From NCBI GenBank assembly GCA_963757185.1, contig CAVWQI010000003.1, positions 1-64,000 of the forward strand: a stretch of 64,000 nt of DNA. Reading direction: 5' to 3'. This DNA comes from an uncultured Gemmatimonadaceae bacterium (GTDB taxonomy: Bacteria > Gemmatimonadota > Gemmatimonadetes > Gemmatimonadales > Gemmatimonadaceae). The notes beneath the pieces were generated by a model that saw only the letters and a program-made list of their open reading frames with translations, was not told the origin of the DNA and ran no database searches. The position numbers and the translations under genes are program-made. Shown here piece by piece: positions 30,606 through 38,365 of the stretch (positions are counted from its first letter, which is position 1; each line of letters begins with the position of its first letter).

Positions 30606-31975
30606 GCCTATTCTCGTTCCTCGACCGCGAACATACGGTTGCCGGCGAGGGCTACTCGCGGTGGCTGGTGCCGCCCGCCGCGCTCGCGATCCACCTGTCG
30701 ATCGGCCAGGCATACGCGTTCAGCGTTTTCAATCTGCCGCTGTCTCAGCGCATCGGCGTCACGCACTCGGCGCCGGAAGATTGGAAGCTGAGCACCATCG
30801 GATGGGTGTTCAGCATCGCCATCGTGTTCCTCGGTCTCTCGGCGGCGCTCTTCGGGTCGTGGCTCGAGCGGGTCGGGCCACGCAAGGCGATGTTCGTCTC
30901 AGCGCTGTGCTTCGCCGGCGGATTCGAGGTCGCCGCGGTGGGCATCGCCACGCATCAGTTCTGGCTCCTGCTGCTCGGCTACGGTGTGCTCGGCGGAATC
31001 GGGCTGGGCATCGGGTACATCTCGCCGGTGACGACGCTCATCAAGTGGTTCCCGGACCGACCCGGCATGGCGACGGGAATGGCCATCATGGGCTTCGGCG
31101 GCGGCGCGATGATCGCGTCGCCGCTGTCGACGACCCTCATGGCCTACTTCAAGACCGCCACCGTGCCGGGCGTCGCGTCGACTTTCGTGACGATGGGCAT
31201 CCTCTATTTCTGCTTCATGATGTTCGGCGTCTTCACGGTGCGGATACCGCGTGCCGATTGGCGGCCGGCCGGCTGGACGTCGCCGCCCCCTCGCGCGAGG
31301 GTGACCACGGGCAACGTCACCGTGGACCGTGCCGTCACGACTCCGCAGTTCTGGCTCCTGTGGGTCGTCCTGTGCATGAACGTCACCGCCGGCATCGGAG
31401 TGCTCGGCCAGGCGTCGCCGATGATTCAGGAGATGTTCCCCGGCTCGATCTCGGTCGGTGCGGCGGCGGGGTTCGTCGGTCTCCTCAGCCTGGCCAACAT
31501 GGGCGGCCGTTTCTTCTGGTCGTCGCTTTCCGACGTCATCGGCCGTCGGGCGGTCTACGCGACGTTCTTTCTGCTCGGCGCGGTCCTGTACGCCCTGGTG
31601 CCGTCCACGGGCCGAGCCGGAAACGTCGCGCTCTTCGTCATCGGGTACGTCGTGATCATCAGCATGTACGGCGGCGGGTTCGCGACGATTCCGGCCTACC
31701 TGCGCGACATGTTCGGCACGATTCAGGTCGGTGCGATCCACGGCCGGTTGCTCACGGCCTGGTCGACCGCCGGCGTGCTCGGCCCGGTGCTCGTGAACTA
31801 CATTCGCGAATACGAGATTGCGCACGGCGTTCCGAAGGCCGGCGCGTACACGACGACGATGTACATCATGGCCGGGCTGCTCGTCGTCGGATTCATCTGC
31901 AACCTGTTCGTGCGGCCGGTGGACGAGCGGCACGTGACCGCCGAATACGGCGCGGCCAGCACCGCCGCGGCCTGA
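30602..31975 (+). CDS. MFS transporter, oxalate/formate antiporter (OFA) family
   Basis: 457 aa with 12 TM segments. OFA-family N-terminus (LVPPAALAIHLSIGQAYAFSVFNLPL). The start overlaps the upstream stop (ATGA). Confidence 0.8.
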   Translation: MSLFSFLDREHTVAGEGYSRWLVPPAALAIHLSIGQAYAFSVFNLPLSQRIGVTHSAPEDWKLSTIGWVFSIAIVFLGLSAALFGSWLERVGPRKAMFVSALCFAGGFEVAAVGIATHQFWLLLLGYGVLGGIGLGIGYISPVTTLIKWFPDRPGMATGMAIMGFGGGAMIASPLSTTLMAYFKTATVPGVASTFVTMGILYFCFMMFGVFTVRIPRADWRPAGWTSPPPRARVTTGNVTVDRAVTTPQFWLLWVVLCMNVTAGIGVLGQASPMIQEMFPGSISVGAAAGFVGLLSLANMGGRFFWSSLSDVIGRRAVYATFFLLGAVLYALVPSTGRAGNVALFVIGYVVIISMYGGGFATIPAYLRDMFGTIQVGAIHGRLLTAWSTAGVLGPVLVNYIREYEIAHGVPKAGAYTTTMYIMAGLLVVGFICNLFVRPVDERHVTAEYGAASTAAA

Positions 31976-31987
31976 CGGAGACCCCAA

Positions 31988-32125
31988 ATGGCAAGCGAAT
32001 CAGACCGCGATCAAAGCTCGGCGAGCGCCGCCCTCAAGCTCGTCGGGGCGTGGACGCTCGTCGGGATCCCGCTCGCGTGGGGCGTGTGGCAGGTGATTCA
32101 GAAGTCGCTCGACCTCTTCAAATAG
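31988..32125 (+). CDS. small single-TM protein (possible OFA-MFS transporter small subunit)
   Basis: Unlisted 45-aa ORF (MASESDRDQSSASAALKLVGAWTLVGIPLAWGVWQVIQKSLDLFK). It starts 12 nt after the MFS stop and has one TM helix. Small proteins of this kind often follow OFA transporters. Confidence 0.45.
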   Translation: MASESDRDQSSASAALKLVGAWTLVGIPLAWGVWQVIQKSLDLFK

Positions 32126-32151
32126 GCCCGCCCCGGCATCTACGCTCTGAA

Positions 32152-32330
32152 CTGCAACGATTTCGCGGAAGAGCCGAAGTTCGCGAGTAGAGCCAAAGAG
32201 CGCGAAGGCCTTATGGTGAACGACCTCGATTGGTCGCCGGTTGGCCGCCCGAGGCCGTTCCAAGAGCCTTTGCCGTCTCGCCGTTCTGCATTCTCCGCGT
32301 AAATCCGTGGTTTCCGCGAAATCTGTTGCA
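32152..32330. repeat. MITE-like element, family 2, copy 1 (about 180 bp)
   Basis: Terminal inverted repeats CTGCAACGATTTCGCGGAAG ... TTCCGCGAAATCTGTTGCAG. Each arm carries a second degenerate copy of the TTCCGCG.AAATCCG unit. It lies between convergent genes. Confidence 0.65.
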
Positions 32331-32363
32331 GTATCAGGGTCGTAGATGCCCGCCCCGGAGACC

Positions 32364-33594
32364 CTACGTCGGGATCTTCAGCATCTTTCCCATGAACAGG
32401 ATCGTGCCGGTCTGACGCTCGCGAATCACGAAGATGAACGGGTGATCGACGCGGAACTCACGGGCCGCGGTGACCGTGACGCCGGTGACCGTCGACGCGC
32501 CGGCGGTAGTCCCGGTCTCGTCCACAGTCACAAAGGCCTTTTGCTTGACGAACGACAGCTGCAGCGGCTGAGACGACATCCCCGAGAAGTTCGCCTGATC
32601 GGTGAACGCCACGCCCATGCCGAGCGCCGAGAGGTCGTCGGTGAGCATGCGGTCGTAGGACATCGTGAACTTGGGCATCGCGAACTTGTTCGTCCGTGTC
32701 CTGGAGGCTCGCGATCAACGCCGCCCACGTGGTCGCGTTCAGCTGCGCGGCGATCGAGTCGATGCTGGCCGTTTGGCCGAATCCCGCCAGCACGATGTCC
32801 ATCGCGAACGCTCCGTTCCCGTACGGAAGCTCGGCGATTCTTAGCTGCTGCGTTCCTCCGGTGCGAAACAGCGGCTTCATGTTCTCGGGGCGATTCATGA
32901 ACGGCACGGTCTGCACCGTCCCGTCCGCGGCGTTGAACGACGACGGGGCGGTTGCCTTCGGGTCGAACTGGTACTGCCACGTGCCCTTGAAGTAGATGGC
33001 GTTGATGAGGAACATCACTTCTTCCGGCTTGATGTCGTCGAGGATCGTCGGGATCCTGCCGCCGGTGTGCGAGCTGACCCAACCGTTGATCGTCGAGAGC
33101 GACCCCGGGACGTTCGCGAAGTCCAGCCCCTGCGCCTGGGCGTCGAAGTACTTCTTTGTCGTGTCGAGGAACGGTTGCTTGAAGGAGAACGTGTTCCGAT
33201 ACCAGACCGAGTTGGCGATCTGGAACGTCGTCGTCGGGTCGAGACCGCGAAGCAGTCCGATGAGGCCCTGGTAGCCCGCGTCGAGTTGCCCCACGTCGCC
33301 GGAATCGAGCCGCAAAGCGGCTCGCATCGCATCGAAGGTCGAACCCGAGGCGCCGTTCATCGCCATGCCGAGCGACATCGACGCGCTCAGAGGCGAGATG
33401 AACACGTTGTTCCCGGCGTCCGTCTTCGCGACCCGCTGGAAGAGCGCGAACGAGAAGTCGTTGCCGGAGGTCGCTACGCGCTGCTCGGAGGGGTCGAGCG
33501 TGAAGGAAGGAGGGGGTTGGGGCCCGCCCACGTCGGAACACGCGGCCGCGGCCAGCGCCGCCGCTACGAACAGGATTCGACGATCAACCTTCAT
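32364..33594 (-). CDS. serpin family protease inhibitor (secreted); frameshifted
   Basis: About 300 aa of the serpin N-terminus are in ORF 32458..33594 (lipoprotein-like signal; NVFISPLSASMSLGMAMNGA). The C-terminal reactive-centre loop and the signature FRVDHPFIFVIRE...GTILFMGK are in ORF 32364..32678. The frame switch is near 32681..32700. Confidence 0.8.
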
Positions 33595-33680
33595 GCGGAG
33601 CTCCTTGGCGAGGGCATTACCTGCCTAACCGGGCCGGCGCGAAAAAAGCCACTTCTCGCCCCCCCACGGATTCGCGTCCC

Positions 33681-34427
33681 GTGGTACACGAGCGAGCACA
33701 AGATGTGCGCAAGGGATGGCGGTCCATCAACAGTCAACAAAAGGGGGCTGTCGTGCTCGCCAACCCGCGTTACACCCGATCCCTTACCGCGCTATTGGCC
33801 GCGTCGTTGTGCGGCGCCGCCTGCATGCGCTCGAGCGCTCGGTCCGATTCCACCGCCGCCGCCGCCGCCGGCGACGTGTCGTCGCCCAATGCGACGCCGA
33901 TGGTGCGTGGCGGCATATCCCAGGTCACGCCAACCTCGCTCGTGGTGTCGACAGACACCGGCCCCGTCACGGTAGCGTTGGCGGGTTCCCCCAAGGTCTT
34001 CGACCGTGAACCCGGGACCTTGGCCGACGTCACCGACAACGTCTTTGTCGGCGTCACGTCGGTCAAGCAGCCCAACGGGAAGGAGCAGGCGACCGAGATT
34101 CACGTGTTCCCGAATGACCTGCGCGGCCTCGGCGAGGGGAGCCGCATGATGGAGCCGAGTGCGAGCCCGGGTGGCAGCCGGATGACGAACGGCAGCGTTC
34201 AGAGCTCGCGGATGTCGAACGGCACGGTCTCGAGCGCCAACGGCGGTACGCTCGTCGTGAACTACGCCGGTGGATCGCAAACCATCGACGTGCCGCCGAA
34301 CACTCCGGTGACGGCGATCAAGGAGACGTCGAAGCAGCCGTCGTCCGGCGATCAAGTCGTCGTCGTCTCGAAGCGCGGAGACAACGGTGTGCTGACGGCG
34401 ACCGCGGTCTTGCTCGTCTCGAAATAG
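33681..34427 (+). CDS. hypothetical secreted protein with two internal beta-rich repeats (possibly DUF5666-like)
   Basis: Signal/lipoprotein-like N-terminus (LTALLAASLCGAAC). Two ~70-aa repeats (…TPTSLVVSTDTGPVTVAL… and …GGTLVVNYAGGSQTIDV…). The start codon is uncertain. Confidence 0.4.
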   Translation: MVHERAQDVRKGWRSINSQQKGAVVLANPRYTRSLTALLAASLCGAACMRSSARSDSTAAAAAGDVSSPNATPMVRGGISQVTPTSLVVSTDTGPVTVALAGSPKVFDREPGTLADVTDNVFVGVTSVKQPNGKEQATEIHVFPNDLRGLGEGSRMMEPSASPGGSRMTNGSVQSSRMSNGTVSSANGGTLVVNYAGGSQTIDVPPNTPVTAIKETSKQPSSGDQVVVVSKRGDNGVLTATAVLLVSK

Positions 34428-34511
34428 ATCGCGCGAACATCGGCGAGAGCTTCTCGAGTGACGGGGCGCGAGCATCGGCGGTTTACCAGAGGAAGCCTTC
34501 TGGAGCCATCA

Positions 34512-35023
34512 GTGAGCGTTCGTATCGGACGTTGGGCGATCGCGTGCGCGGTCGCAGTCATTGGAATCACGGTTGGGTGCGGGGGCGGCGACACCGCCGC
34601 GACGGGGCCGCTCTCGACCCCGTTGGCCGGGCTGGTCGCCGGCGCGACGAACGACAGCAGTCCAGTCACCAATCCGCCGCCCAATCCCACGCCGGGGTCG
34701 TTCCACGGCACGGTCATGGGCCACAGCGCGTTCCCGCCGGGAACCGACACGCTGTCGACGCTTCCCCGCATCGTCGGCGCACGCGTGACGGCGTACAGCA
34801 CGGCCAGCCGACGGCGAGCGACACGCTCGGTGTCGGCGCGCAGGTGGCGTCGGTGACGACGGACGCGAACGGCCAGTTTCAAATTCCCACGTTGCCGGGT
34901 GGACTCTACATCGTGACCATCGCGCCGCCCGCCGGGAGCAAGTATCAGGGGATCTATGTCGCGGCGATCGCGCACGCGCACAGCGCCGACTATCCATGGT
35001 GGGTCGTGCTCCCGCTGAAATGA
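34512..35023 (+). CDS. lipoprotein with carboxypeptidase-regulatory-like domain; frameshifted
   Basis: A GTG at 34512 gives the signal VSVRIGRWAIACAVAVIGITVGC. The domain N-half (GSFHGTVMG…RIVGARVTAY) is in ORF 34458..34856. The C-half (VTTDANGQFQIPTLPGGLYIVTIAPPAG) is in ORF 34532..35023. The frames switch near 34809..34819. Confidence 0.5.
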
Positions 35024-35065
35024 CGACGAACGCTGTGCTCAGGCGGGCAGCCACGACTTCTATAC

Positions 35066-35242
35066 TGCTACGGATTTCGCGGAAGCCACGGACTTACGCG
35101 AAGCCGGCAAAACGGCGAAACAGGAAGAGCTGTTGGAACGACGTCGGGTAGCCAAATGGTGCCTAACCGAGGTCGTTCACAAAGAGGCCTTTGTTGTGGC
35201 CCTATTCCGCGAAATCCGCTGATTCCGCGAAATCCGTTGCAG
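35066..35242. repeat. MITE-like element, family 2, copy 2 (about 177 bp)
   Basis: TIRs CTGCTACGGATTTCGCGGAAG ... TTCCGCGAAATCCGTTGCAG, with a doubled TTCCGCGAAATCCG unit at the right end. It is followed by the small hairpin CGTAGATGCCTACG and lies between convergent genes. Confidence 0.65.
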
Positions 35243-35276
35243 TTCAAATCGTAGATGCCTACGCGCCGCGGCGGGT

Positions 35277-37244
35277 CTACGGCTGCGGCCTTCGCACCAC
35301 GGTGAGGGTGACCGCCGAGGGATACTCGCTCGAGTGGTGCACCGCGTTGTGCGCCACGACACCCTTCGTCTCGTCGTAGTTGTGACCGCCCGTGTTCAGA
35401 TTGCGATCGAAGCGCGGGAAGTTGCTGCTCGAGATCTCGATGCGCAGGCGATGTCCCGGTTCGAAGTAGTTGCTCGTGTTGAGCGGCTGAAACGTCACCT
35501 TCGTCACCTTGCCGTTCTCCATCCACACGAGCGGCTTGTCGTAACCGTTGCGGTAGCGCATGCGCTGGATCGACTCATCGAGGTTGTACGCGCGCCCGTC
35601 CGGATACACGTCGATGATCTTGATGGAGAAATCCGTGTCCTTGGCGTCCGACGAGACGTACAGCGTCGGTGTGATCGGGCCGCTCACCTCCGTGCCCTGC
35701 GTGAACGGTTCGCTCGTGAACACGAGTACGTCGGGCCGCGCCTCCGTCTCGCGCTGATCCATCGCCCCGGCGCCGACGGCGTTCCCCTGGCAGCAAACGT
35801 TGCCGCCATGCGACAGCACGGGGTGCATCGGGTCGTACGCGAACTTGTCGGGCTTGTCGCTCGCGGGCGCGGTCTTGCTCAGCACGCCGTCGCCATTGAG
35901 TGTGTTCGCGCTTCCGCCGCTCGACAAATACAACGTCATCGGCTCGGCGCCGCGCGGCGGCCACGTGTCGGAGCTCTGCCACTTGTTGAGCCCCATCGTG
36001 TAGTAGCGGACCTTGGGCATCGTGTCGAGGATCTGCCCGCCCTCGCCCTTCAGGAATTTGTCGAAGAACGCGAACATGATGTCGTTGTACGCGAGCCGCG
36101 CGTCGCCCATGTCCCGCTCGCCGACGATCGTGTGCTCGGCGGACCGCGTGTAACCGCAGTGGCCCGTCGGCGCGATGACGGCCCACTGCTGATTCGCCGC
36201 CGCGCCCTTGGCCGTGCTGCGGACCAGGTTGTACATGGCCAGGTTTGGCCCGACCGACACGTCGTACCACGACATGAACCAAAGTCCGGGGATGTTGATG
36301 CGCATATCGTCGTGGAAAAGCCCACCGCGATACCACGCCGGATCGTTTGGCGCGCGCTTGATCATCGCGCCGCCCGTCGCCACGGGCATCGAATCCGCGA
36401 AGATGCCGCGCGGTCCGCCGACGTCCTTCATGATGTTCTCTTCGGGCAGCGTCCAGAACGCCTTCGACCAGTCCACGGGCGGGAGATGCTGCGCGAGGTC
36501 GAACGACATGGATTCGCGCACGAGGTCGGCCTGCGTCGCGTTCTTCGGCATCATCGGCCGGACCTGATTCTGTTCGCCGTACAGCCAGTCGATGAACAGC
36601 ATCTGCACCGCGCCGCCGCGATACCAGTTGCCTTGCTCGTAATACGGGCCGACGCGTCCGACGCCGGCGCCGAATCCCTGCACGTTCATCGCCGCGAACC
36701 CCGGCGTGTTCTGCGCCGCGACCGCACCCTGCCACTCGGCCGTCGATGAACAACCTGTCGTGCCGATCTTCCCGTTCGACCACTTCCGTGCGGTCATCCA
36801 TTTCACTTCGTCAACACCGTCCGACAGCGGCGGCCCGAGGATGTCGTAGTTGCCTTCGGAGAAGAAGTGTCCGCGCTCCTGCATCTCGACATATGCGTAG
36901 CCGCGCTTGATCGCGTTCACGACCGTCGTCATGTCGCGCGGCACGCCGTTTTGGATGTCCCAGAAGTTGAAGTTGTACGGCGTGCGCGACCAGATCGCCG
37001 GATATTTCTTCGACGCGTCCTTCGGATAGTAGACGTCGGCGGCGACGCGAACTCCGTCGCGCATCGAGATCATTTCCTTGCGATCGACGACGGCGATGGA
37101 CTCGAGCTCGTGTTCGACGTCCCAGCGGTGCGCCTTCACGCTGTCCGGCAGGCCACCGCCGCCACCCTGCGCACCCGCGAACGACGTACCGGTCACGGAG
37201 AGCGCGATGGCCGCCACGAATGTGCGAACATGAGCGCGAAGCAT
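35277..37244 (-). CDS. CocE/NonD family hydrolase (intact paralogue)
   Basis: The ORF runs 35277..37361. The likely start is at 37244 ([26 protein letters not shown] signal). It has the alpha/beta hydrolase core and a C-terminal beta-sandwich ending like the first paralogue (FDRNLNTGG). Confidence 0.85.
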   Translation of the reverse strand: MLRAHVRTFVAAIALSVTGTSFAGAQGGGGGLPDSVKAHRWDVEHELESIAVVDRKEMISMRDGVRVAADVYYPKDASKKYPAIWSRTPYNFNFWDIQNGVPRDMTTVVNAIKRGYAYVEMQERGHFFSEGNYDILGPPLSDGVDEVKWMTARKWSNGKIGTTGCSSTAEWQGAVAAQNTPGFAAMNVQGFGAGVGRVGPYYEQGNWYRGGAVQMLFIDWLYGEQNQVRPMMPKNATQADLVRESMSFDLAQHLPPVDWSKAFWTLPEENIMKDVGGPRGIFADSMPVATGGAMIKRAPNDPAWYRGGLFHDDMRINIPGLWFMSWYDVSVGPNLAMYNLVRSTAKGAAANQQWAVIAPTGHCGYTRSAEHTIVGERDMGDARLAYNDIMFAFFDKFLKGEGGQILDTMPKVRYYTMGLNKWQSSDTWPPRGAEPMTLYLSSGGSANTLNGDGVLSKTAPASDKPDKFAYDPMHPVLSHGGNVCCQGNAVGAGAMDQRETEARPDVLVFTSEPFTQGTEVSGPITPTLYVSSDAKDTDFSIKIIDVYPDGRAYNLDESIQRMRYRNGYDKPLVWMENGKVTKVTFQPLNTSNYFEPGHRLRIEISSSNFPRFDRNLNTGGHNYDETKGVVAHNAVHHSSEYPSAVTLTVVRRPQP

Positions 37245-37408
37245 GGAGACGACTCCTCGAGTTGTCGTGTGTCGAACCGGGCGGGCGCGGCGAACGGTCG
37301 GCTCGTCGAGCTCGCAACCCCGTCGCGTCGTAGATTGGGACGACGGTGACCCTTCGGTCAAGAAGGGTACGCCGACTGCCGCGCCGCCTCCCCTCCAGCC
37401 TCGATTTC

Positions 37409-38365
37409 ATGGCCGACACCATTTCGCGGATCGTGATCGCCGGTATCGCCGTCGTCGCCTTCGCGACGAACTCGTTGGCGCAGAGCATTCCGCAGCGGGC
37501 CGTGCTCGTCACGGGAGCGAGCAGCGGCATCGGCCGCAAAGTCACGGAGCGTCTCGCGGCGAACGGCTTCCTCGTCTACGCCGGCGCGCGTGCGCAGAAG
37601 GACCTCGACGACCTCGACGCGATCAAGAACGTGCAGGCGGTGAAGCTCGACGTCACCTCGCCGACCGACATAGCGGCCGCCGTCGCGACGGTCACGAAGG
37701 CCGGCAAGGGACTCTACGGCGTCGTGAACAACGCGGGTGTCGTCGTCGTCGCCCCGCTCATCGAGCTCGAGGAGAAGGACCTCGACTTCATCTTCAACGT
37801 CAACGTGTACGGCCCGTACCGCATCACCAAGGCGTTCGCGCCCCTCTTACTCGAATCGAAGGGACGGGTCGTCAATATCAGCTCGCTCAACGGCATCGTG
37901 GCCAGCCCGATGCTCGGGCCGTACAGCATGAGCAAGCACGCAATCGAGGCGTACGGGGACGGGCTTGCAGCGGAGCTCGGGCGCCTCGGCGTGCGCGTCA
38001 GCCTCATCGAGCCAGGGAACTATGGCACCGAGATCGGAAAGAATCTGCTAGCGCGAATGGACACCAGCGTCGTGAAGGGCTCGCGCTTCGAGGCTCAGCT
38101 GCGGTCGGCGATCAACACGATGCGCGGCTTCGACAACAATCCGCCGCCGGATGAGGTCGCGGACGCCGTGCTCGATGCACTCACGAGCGCGAACCCGAAG
38201 CCGCGTTACATGCCGGTGCCGCAGGCGGGGCAGGGCGCGATCGCGTTGCGAACACTCATGAATGAGATCATACAATTGAATTCGACGCAGAAGTTCACGC
38301 TCGACCGCGACGCGCTCGTGAAGATGCTCGACGACGCGATCGCTCGCGCGACACCGAAGCCCTAG
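37409..38365 (+). CDS. secreted SDR family oxidoreductase
   Basis: The ATG at 37409 gives the signal MADTISRIVIAGIAVVAFATNSLAQ. Motifs TGASSGIGR, NNAG, and the YxxxK pair (YSMSKHA). Confidence 0.8.
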   Translation: MADTISRIVIAGIAVVAFATNSLAQSIPQRAVLVTGASSGIGRKVTERLAANGFLVYAGARAQKDLDDLDAIKNVQAVKLDVTSPTDIAAAVATVTKAGKGLYGVVNNAGVVVVAPLIELEEKDLDFIFNVNVYGPYRITKAFAPLLLESKGRVVNISSLNGIVASPMLGPYSMSKHAIEAYGDGLAAELGRLGVRVSLIEPGNYGTEIGKNLLARMDTSVVKGSRFEAQLRSAINTMRGFDNNPPPDEVADAVLDALTSANPKPRYMPVPQAGQGAIALRTLMNEIIQLNSTQKFTLDRDALVKMLDDAIARATPKP

